From contig JAVHQY010000067.1 in assembly GCA_036171375.1 (NCBI GenBank), positions 1 through 50,796 on the forward strand: a stretch of DNA of 50,796 nucleotides, in the 5' to 3' direction. The position numbers and the translations under genes were made by a program. Shown here in pieces: positions 41,541 to 50,796 of this stretch (position 1 is the first letter of the stretch; every line of letters begins with the position of its first letter). Below the pieces are notes generated by a model that ran no database searches, was not told where the DNA came from, and saw only the letters and a program-made list of their open reading frames with translations. The DNA comes from Rhodoferax sp. (GTDB taxonomy: Bacteria > Pseudomonadota > Gammaproteobacteria > Burkholderiales > Burkholderiaceae_C).

Positions 41541-42382
41541 TGTTCGCTCCACATGGACTCGATGCCAGTGTTTTCGGTCTGCTCGGACTGGTGATCGGCA
41601 GCTTCCTCAACGTTGTCATTTACCGCCTTCCAATCATGCTCGAAGCACACTGGAAAGCCGAGTGCGCCGAGCTCTCAGGCACGCCGGTGCCAACCACAGA
41701 GCGTTTCAACCTGGCGCTGCCACGCTCACGCTGCCCCAAATGCTCGCACCTGATCGCTTGGCATGAAAATATTCCGCTGCTGAGTTATCTTTTTTTGCGC
41801 GGCAAGTGCTCAAGTTGCGCCGCACCCATCAGCCCGCGTTACCCGCTGATCGAGCTTGCCAGTGGCGCGCTGTTTTTTTACAGCGCCTGGCGCTGGGGCA
41901 TCAGTCCAAGCGCGCTGGCCTGGAGCGGTTTTGCTGTCACGTTGCTGACGCTGGGCTGCATCGACTGGGACACCACGCTGCTGCCCGATGACCTCACGTT
42001 GGCGCTGTTGTGGGCCGGTTTGCTGGCAGCCGCGCTGCATTGGACTGGCGTTGACCTGACGACCGCGTTTTGGGGCGTGGTGGCTGGCTACCTGTCGTTG
42101 TGGCTGATCTACTGGGGTTTCAAATTGATCACCGGCAAAGAGGGAATGGGCTATGGTGACTTCAAACTTTTTTCAGCACTGGGGGCCTGGTTCGGCTGGC
42201 AAGCCCTGGTGCCGATAATTCTGCTGGCATCGGTCATCGGTGCCGCAGTGGGCATTGGCATGAAATTTTCCCGCACCTTGCGTGACGGTGGCTACGTGCC
42301 CTTTGGTCCGTTCCTGGCCGGCGCCGGCTTGGTCGCGATGCTGTTTGGCCCCAGCGCAATACTTCAATCGATCGGTCTTTGA
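41540..42382 (+). CDS. pilD: Prepilin peptidase/N-methyltransferase
   Basis: GSFLNVVIYRLP, two CxxC, NIPLLSY, EGMGYGDFKL, PFGPFLA; start ATG 41540 overlaps the pilC stop. Confidence 0.95.
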   Translation: MFAPHGLDASVFGLLGLVIGSFLNVVIYRLPIMLEAHWKAECAELSGTPVPTTERFNLALPRSRCPKCSHLIAWHENIPLLSYLFLRGKCSSCAAPISPRYPLIELASGALFFYSAWRWGISPSALAWSGFAVTLLTLGCIDWDTTLLPDDLTLALLWAGLLAAALHWTGVDLTTAFWGVVAGYLSLWLIYWGFKLITGKEGMGYGDFKLFSALGAWFGWQALVPIILLASVIGAAVGIGMKFSRTLRDGGYVPFGPFLAGAGLVAMLFGPSAILQSIGL

Positions 42383-42385
42383 GTT

Positions 42386-43033
42386 GTGTCAAACGTGTTT
42401 CGTCTGGGTTTGACCGGCGGCATTGGCAGTGGCAAAAGCACGGTGGCCAAGCTGCTGGTGGCGTGCGGTGCCACGCTGATCGACAGCGATGCCATTGCCC
42501 GCGAGCTGACCGCGCCCGGGGGCCTGGCCGTGCCTTTGATCGCCGACGCTTTTGGTGCCGATTTCGTGACCGAGCAAGGCGCGCTCAAGCGTGAAAAAAT
42601 GCGCGCCCTGGTCTTTGCTGATGCGCATCAGCGACAGCGACTCGAGGCCATTTTGCATCCGCTGATCCGGCAGCAAACACAAGTGCTGCTGGCGCAAGCT
42701 GCCGCCCGGCAATGCCCCTGCGTGGTTTTTGACGTACCGCTGCTGGTCGAGTCAGGTCGCTGGCGCCAGCAAGTTGACCGCGTGCTGGTGGTTGACTGCA
42801 CCGAAGAAGTTCAAATCCAGCGCGTCATGCAGCGCAGTCACCTGACCAGCGCCGAAATCAAGAAAATCATCCACTCACAAGCCACGCGTGAACAGCGGCT
42901 GGCGTGCGCCGACATGGTCATTTTCAACGTTGGTCTCTCAATGGAGCAATTGGCGGCTGAAGTGCAGCAAATTTGGTCCGGCTTGCAGCTATCATCGGCA
43001 CAGCTTTGGGACCAACCAAAAAAACCCGCGTGA
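42386..43033 (+). CDS. coaE: Dephospho-CoA kinase
   Basis: GLTGGIGSGKST, LEAILHP, DVPLLVE. Confidence 0.95.
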   Translation: MSNVFRLGLTGGIGSGKSTVAKLLVACGATLIDSDAIARELTAPGGLAVPLIADAFGADFVTEQGALKREKMRALVFADAHQRQRLEAILHPLIRQQTQVLLAQAAARQCPCVVFDVPLLVESGRWRQQVDRVLVVDCTEEVQIQRVMQRSHLTSAEIKKIIHSQATREQRLACADMVIFNVGLSMEQLAAEVQQIWSGLQLSSAQLWDQPKKPA

Positions 43034-43785
43034 TCCTCTACGAATATCCCTTCAACGAGCGCGTTCGTACCTACTTGCGAATCGAGCGCCTATTTACACG
43101 CTTGACCGAACTGGTCAGGCGTTCGCCGGCACTCGACCATCACTTTGCGCTAGCCACCATGTTCGAGATCATGGATGTCTGCACGCGCGCGGATCTGAAA
43201 TCCGAAGTGATCAAGGACCTGGACCGGCAAAAGCACGCACTCGACGCATACCGCGACAATCCAGCCATTGCACAGGATATTCTGGACGCGGTTATCGGCC
43301 AGGTGGATGGCTGCTACACCGCGTTGACGGCGACGGCGGGCAAACCGGGCCAGGCGCTGACCGAAAACGACTGGTTGATGAGCATCCGAAGCCGAGTTGC
43401 CATTCCGGGCGGCTGCTTTGAATTTGACCTGCCGGCATACTACGCGTGGCAACACAAACCCGATGAACAGCGGCAGCAGGATCTGACACGCTGGGCGGCC
43501 ACACTGGCACCCCTGGCGCAATCGATCAGCTTGTTGCTCAAACTGTTGCGTGAATCTGGCATGCCACAAAAAGTGATCGCCAGTGGCGGGCAATTTCAGC
43601 AAAACCTGCCCAGCGGAAAAACTTTTCAGTTGCTGCGCATGGCGCTCGACCCGGCGCTGGGTCTGATCCCGGAAATCAGTGGCAACCGTTTGCTGGTCTC
43701 GATTCGCTTGCTGCGCCAGAGCAACGACGATCATCTACAGCCGGAACGCGAAGATGCCAGTTTCGATCTGACGCTGTGCTGCTGA
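43030..43785 (+). CDS. zapD: Cell division protein ZapD
   Basis: [29 protein letters not shown]; GTG start 43030. Confidence 0.93.
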   Translation: MILYEYPFNERVRTYLRIERLFTRLTELVRRSPALDHHFALATMFEIMDVCTRADLKSEVIKDLDRQKHALDAYRDNPAIAQDILDAVIGQVDGCYTALTATAGKPGQALTENDWLMSIRSRVAIPGGCFEFDLPAYYAWQHKPDEQRQQDLTRWAATLAPLAQSISLLLKLLRESGMPQKVIASGGQFQQNLPSGKTFQLLRMALDPALGLIPEISGNRLLVSIRLLRQSNDDHLQPEREDASFDLTLCC

Positions 43786-43795
43786 GGGGCACACC

Positions 43796-44011
43796 ATGAC
43801 GGCAACCAACAACGTCAAACACGTCGCCTGCCCGACCTGCGGCAAAGACAGCCCTTACGCGCCAAGCAATGTCTTTCGACCCTTTTGTTCTGAGCGCTGC
43901 AAAGCCATCGATTTGGGTGCCTGGGCCAGTGAAAGTTTTCGTGTGCCGGCGCCCGACCTGGTGCCGGATCAGACCGGCGAGCCAGCCTCGCGCTGGTCCG
44001 ACAGCCACTGA
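43796..44011 (+). CDS. yacG: DNA gyrase inhibitor YacG
   Basis: CPTCG...[17 protein letters not shown]. Confidence 0.94.
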   Translation: MTATNNVKHVACPTCGKDSPYAPSNVFRPFCSERCKAIDLGAWASESFRVPAPDLVPDQTGEPASRWSDSH

Positions 44012-44427
44012 AGAACCGGCAGCGAGCCTGGCAGCAGCGGGCTGACCTGCACTGGCAATTGCTGCCAGGAGGCGGTTTGCCCTTCGAGCATTTGCAACTC
44101 TCCGCTCCAATCAAACACCTGGCAAAAATGCAAGCGCACCAGCGCGTGCGGATAGTCAACCATGGTCACTTTCCAGGGTTTCACAGCGCCAATTGCCAGC
44201 CCCAATTCCTCCTGCAGTTCGCGCCGCAAAGCTTGACTGACCGTCTCGCCTGGCTCCAGCTTGCCACCGGGAAATTCCCAGTAACCGGCATAGACCTTGC
44301 CCACCGGTCGGGTCGTCAACAGAAACGACTGATCGGGCCGCAGCAGCACGCCCACTGCGACTTCAATCACCGGTCGCCGTGCACCGCCCTGGCGGGCCTG
44401 CCCGGCATCCGCTACCAGCAAAGTCAT
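43969..44427 (-). CDS. mutT: MutT-like Nudix hydrolase
   Basis: [12 protein letters not shown]...RELQEELG; in the secA-argJ run. Confidence 0.75.
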   Translation of the reverse strand: MTLLVADAGQARQGGARRPVIEVAVGVLLRPDQSFLLTTRPVGKVYAGYWEFPGGKLEPGETVSQALRRELQEELGLAIGAVKPWKVTMVDYPHALVRLHFCQVFDWSGELQMLEGQTASWQQLPVQVSPLLPGSLPVLQWLSDQREAGSPV

Positions 44428-45302
44428 AGCATCACGCCATGCGTGCCGGCGTAATCACGGGCGAACTGATAGGCGACGCGCCCACTGCGTGAACCGCGCT
44501 CCAGCGCCCACACCAGCGCTTGCGCGCGGGCGGCTTCAATGGCCACATCCGCAACACCAAAGGAAGCCAGCCACTGCGCCACGATGGCCAGATATTGGTC
44601 TTGCGAAAAAGGGTAGAAGCTGACCCACAAACCAAAGCGCTCAGAGAGCGATATTTTTTCTTCCACGCCTTCACCCGGATGAACCTCGCCATCGTCGGTG
44701 TGGGAATAGCTCAGGTTTTCCTGCATGTACTCGGGCAGCAGATGACGTCGATTGCTGGTGGCGTAAATCAGCACATTGGCCGTGGTGGCGGCAACCGATC
44801 CGTCGAGCACCGATTTGAGTGCCTTGTAGCCTGGCTCACCGTCTTCAAAGCTGAGATCGTCACAAAAAATGATGAACTTCTCGCTGCGTTCACTGACCAC
44901 ATCGACAATGTCGGGCAGATCGGTCATGTCGGCCTTGTCCACTTCGATCAGCCGCAGGCCGCGCCCGGCGTATTCGTTCAGACAAGCCTTGATCAGGGAA
45001 GATTTACCGGTGCCGCGGGCACCCGTGAGCAGCGCGTTGTTGGCCGGTTGACCAGCAACAAACTGTAAGGTGTTGCGCTGAATTTTCTCTTTTTGCGCAT
45101 CGATTTCCAGCAGGTCAGCAAGTTGCAGCACACCCAGGTGACGCACCGGCAGCAACACCCCGTGGCCGGAGCTGCGCTTGCGATAGCGGTAAGCACTGGC
45201 CGCGCTCCAGTCGGGCTGCACCAGCGATTGCGGTAAAGCTGACTCGATGCGCTCAATCAACTGCTCGGCGCGCTCAAGCAAACGCTCAAGATTTGGTTTC
45301 AT
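44424..45302 (-). CDS. AAA+ ATP-binding protein (DUF815-like)
   Basis: [41 protein letters not shown]. Start ATG 45302. Confidence 0.88.
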   Translation of the reverse strand: MKPNLERLLERAEQLIERIESALPQSLVQPDWSAASAYRYRKRSSGHGVLLPVRHLGVLQLADLLEIDAQKEKIQRNTLQFVAGQPANNALLTGARGTGKSSLIKACLNEYAGRGLRLIEVDKADMTDLPDIVDVVSERSEKFIIFCDDLSFEDGEPGYKALKSVLDGSVAATTANVLIYATSNRRHLLPEYMQENLSYSHTDDGEVHPGEGVEEKISLSERFGLWVSFYPFSQDQYLAIVAQWLASFGVADVAIEAARAQALVWALERGSRSGRVAYQFARDYAGTHGVML

Positions 45303-46528
45303 GATCTGTAATCCGCATTGATGCTGACGTAATCGTGGCCCAGGTCGCAAGTCCACACCATTTGCATCGCCTCACCGCGTCCAAGCAGCACGCGCACCGT
45401 GATCTCGTTTTGCTGCATCACCTGCTGCGCTGCCTGCTCCTGGTAGTCGGGATGGCGGCCGCCGCGCGTGACCACATGAACGTCGTCCAGGTAGAGCTCG
45501 ATCCGGGTCTGATCGAGGTCGCCGATGCCGGCATAGCCCACGGCGGCAAGAATGCGGCCCAAATTGGGGTCACTGGCGAAAAATGCGGTTTTTACCAACG
45601 GCGAGTGCGCGATGGCATACGCCACCTGGCGACACTCGCTGTCGGTTTTTCCGCCTTCAATCCTGACCGTGATGAATTTGCTGGCGCCCTCAGCGTCGCG
45701 AACAATCGCCTGCGCCAACTGCTGCGCCACGCCTAGCAGCGCCGCTTTCAACGCCTGCCCTGCTGCACTGGTCCACGAATCGATCGGTGCATGACGGGCC
45801 CGGTTGGTCGCGATGACGACAAACGAGTCGTTGGTTGAAGTGTCACCGTCAACCGTGATGCGATTAAATGAGCCCTCGGCCAACTCGCTGGCAAGTTGCT
45901 GCATCAGCGTCTGGCTGACGCAGGCATCGGTGGCCAGGAATGACAGCATGGTCGCCATGTTGGGCCGGATCATGCCAGCACCCTTGGCAATGCCGGTGAT
46001 GCTGACGCTGGCAGCGCCGATGGGCAGGCGCAGCGAAAACGCTTTGGCAACCGTGTCGGTCGTCATGATCGCCTGCGCCGCCGCCAACCAATGATCGTCG
46101 CGGGCATCCGCCAGTGCCGCATCCAGCCCCGCAACCATGCGCTCGGCCGGCAGCGGCTCCATGATGACACCGGTTGAAAAAGGCAGCACTTGCTGCGTCG
46201 CCAAACCCAACTTTTGCGCCAGTGCCTCGCACGTCACCAGCGCATGCATCAGTCCGGGCTGGCCGGTGCCAGCGTTGGCATTGCCGGTGTTGATAAGCAG
46301 CGCACGCACGCCAGCGCCACTGGCCAGATGCGCGCGACACAGTTGCACCGGTGCCGCACAAAACCGGTTTTGCGTGAAAACAGCGGCCACCGAACTGCCA
46401 CCGTCGAGCAAGACAACAGTCAGGTCCTTGCGAGCGGCTTTGCGAATTCCGGCTTCGGTGATACCCAACCGGATGCCGGCAATCGGCAACAAATCGGCGG
46501 CGTTGGGAGCAGGCAAATTGACAGCCAT
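45299..46528 (-). CDS. argJ: Ornithine acetyltransferase/N-acetylglutamate synthase
   Basis: [50 protein letters not shown]. Confidence 0.96.
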   Translation of the reverse strand: MAVNLPAPNAADLLPIAGIRLGITEAGIRKAARKDLTVVLLDGGSSVAAVFTQNRFCAAPVQLCRAHLASGAGVRALLINTGNANAGTGQPGLMHALVTCEALAQKLGLATQQVLPFSTGVIMEPLPAERMVAGLDAALADARDDHWLAAAQAIMTTDTVAKAFSLRLPIGAASVSITGIAKGAGMIRPNMATMLSFLATDACVSQTLMQQLASELAEGSFNRITVDGDTSTNDSFVVIATNRARHAPIDSWTSAAGQALKAALLGVAQQLAQAIVRDAEGASKFITVRIEGGKTDSECRQVAYAIAHSPLVKTAFFASDPNLGRILAAVGYAGIGDLDQTRIELYLDDVHVVTRGGRHPDYQEQAAQQVMQQNEITVRVLLGRGEAMQMVWTCDLGHDYVSINADYRS

Positions 46529-46546
46529 CGTTCAGTCGTCAACGCG

Positions 46547-49315
<2,769 letters not shown>

Positions 49316-49456
49316 GAATGCAGAACCGACCCGTCAGCCCACCTGGGCCAACCGAGCAGTGCAATCCTTTTTTAATCTCGATGAAGTGAAGTCAGTCGCG
49401 CGCAACGCAAGGGCCCAGGCCGCCGGGCGACACGCAAAAAACTTTGGTGCGTGATT

Positions 49457-50389
49457 TTACCTGCGCGCTGCCAGCTGCTGTTCGGGGCGATTGGCAGCCA
49501 GAAACTTCTGCGGATCCTGCACCATCCCCTGCAACAGCACTTCAAAGTGCAAGTGGGCACCGGTGGTGCGGCCACTGGTTCCGACTTGGGCGATTTTCTG
49601 TCCTCGCTTGACCAGGTCGCCACGCTTGACAAAAACCCTGGAGGCATGCGCATAACGCGTAATCAGCTTGTTGCCGTGGTCAATTTCAATCATGTTGCCA
49701 TACTCGGGATGAAATTCCTGCGTCACCACCATGCCCCCGGCGGCGGCACTGATTACGCTGCCGTAAGCGGCCTGGTAATCCAGCCCGGAGTGAAACGCCG
49801 AATGCCCCGTGATGGGATCAATGCGCCAGCCAAACAGGGAACCCAGATTACCGGAGGCGACCGGCACTTGCGTCGGCAGCATCAGGGCGCGCATTTTCTG
49901 GCCGAACAACTCCGACTCCATAGCAGTCATCCAGCCAGTGCGCTGATCAGTGATTTGATCAAAATCGGCAAGTGTGGCTTGCAAGTCCTGCAACGACAAC
50001 GGCCGACTCGCCAGCAGGGCGCCGCCCTGAGCTGGTTTGACCTTGATCTGCGCCGGGCTGATCCCCGCCAGCCCGGCAACGCGTTCTGCCAACGATTCAA
50101 GCTGCGTCATTTTGGCCTGCATTTCTCCGACTTTGCGCGCCAGCAGATCGATGTTTTCGCGCGTGTATCGCTCGCGCTGCACCACCTCGTCACGCACCAG
50201 CAGTTGCATCACGCTGCCCACCACCGGCCAGCCCTCCCTGATCCCTTTGAGAATCACCCAGTGGTAAAGTGCCGCCGCAGTCAACATCAAAGCCAGTGCT
50301 GCCAGCAGCGCCGTCACCAGCAACTTGGTGCCGCTGACGTGAATGGCGCGACTGCGGGCCAGCCAGGCATCCGTGATAATCAACTGCAT
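49457..50389 (-). CDS. M23 family metallopeptidase
   Basis: N-terminal TM, coiled coil, HSGLD, YAH, HLHFEV. Confidence 0.92.
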   Translation of the reverse strand: MQLIITDAWLARSRAIHVSGTKLLVTALLAALALMLTAAALYHWVILKGIREGWPVVGSVMQLLVRDEVVQRERYTRENIDLLARKVGEMQAKMTQLESLAERVAGLAGISPAQIKVKPAQGGALLASRPLSLQDLQATLADFDQITDQRTGWMTAMESELFGQKMRALMLPTQVPVASGNLGSLFGWRIDPITGHSAFHSGLDYQAAYGSVISAAAGGMVVTQEFHPEYGNMIEIDHGNKLITRYAHASRVFVKRGDLVKRGQKIAQVGTSGRTTGAHLHFEVLLQGMVQDPQKFLAANRPEQQLAARR

Positions 50390-50409
50390 TGGGTTCCGTT
50401 CCTAAAACA

Positions 50410-50727
50410 ATGATAGCAAAACACCGCCATCCTACTCTGACCCTGCTTGAGGCCAGTCAGGAAGCCCCAACGCTGGCCCACTTGATGGAGCTGAGCCGCG
50501 ACTCGGCGGCGCGCCTGAAAGCAATTGAGGCGCTGATTCCGGCCGCCTTGCGCGCTGCCGTCAAAGCCGGCCCCATCGAAGCCGGCAACTGGTGCCTGGT
50601 ACTGGACAACAACGCCGCAGCAGCAAAAATTCGCCAACTGCTGCCGGCATTTACCGCCCACCTGCGCAGCAAAGGCTGGCAACTGGAATCGATTCGATTA
50701 AAAGTTCAAGTTGAACACAGGCGTTGA
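50410..50727 (+). CDS. DciA/DUF721-like protein
   Basis: About 105 aa with NAAAAKIRQLLP and IRLKVQ; divergent from M23-secA, the usual position of dciA in betaproteobacteria. Confidence 0.65.
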   Translation: MIAKHRHPTLTLLEASQEAPTLAHLMELSRDSAARLKAIEALIPAALRAAVKAGPIEAGNWCLVLDNNAAAAKIRQLLPAFTAHLRSKGWQLESIRLKVQVEHRR

Positions 50728-50750
50728 GCCCCAACCCAGTGTGTTCCCGC

Positions 50751-50775
50751 GAAAAAGGGGACGCTACCCTTTTTC
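50751..50775. terminator. 9-bp inverted repeat, possible bidirectional terminator or short palindromic repeat
   Basis: GAAAAAGGG-GACGCTA-CCCTTTTTC. Confidence 0.45.
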
Positions 50776-50796
50776 TTCCATCTGTATCCTCGGTCG

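Noticed and set aside
43969-44011. Convergent yacG/mutT overlap as a regulatory feature
   Set aside because: Short tail-to-tail overlaps of unconserved C-termini are common.

Overview
A GC-rich betaproteobacterial chromosomal segment. Gene content and order look Comamonadaceae-like (inference). It is mostly housekeeping, with about 50 CDSs and one tRNA-Pro(CGG). In order: a repeat-rich intergenic start; a CxxC thioredoxin-fold lipoprotein with an RND adaptor and RND permease; a GGDEF + FlhG/FleN-like ATPase pair; and a long minus-strand run (FAD/Fe-S oxidoreductase, HIT, DUF971-like, ubiE, Tim44-like, ubiJ, ubiB, FmdB-like, DUF502-like, aspS, nudB, EEP protein, clsB, folE). After that come ugpBAECQ, hemA-prfA-prmC-grxD, an SLT gene, proS, rppH, proB, obgE, rpmA, rplU, ispB, tRNA-Pro, pilC-pilD-coaE-zapD-yacG, mutT, a DUF815-like ATPase, argJ, secA, an M23 peptidase and a DciA-like gene. 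I see no transposase, integrase, phage, CRISPR or defence genes. The most notable non-coding signals are a 3x57-bp palindromic tandem array inside the ugp operon, with a dispersed sister copy (both lie directly before start codons); a 237-bp MITE-like element with perfect 19-bp terminal inverted repeats in front of ubiJ; and a mosaic of palindromic repeats in the first 600 bp. The best candidates for uncharacterised systems are the thioredoxin-lipoprotein/RND operon, the sensorless GGDEF/FlhG-like pair, and the uncharacterised genes embedded in the ubiquinone cluster. All family calls come from motif recognition by eye; no searches were run.
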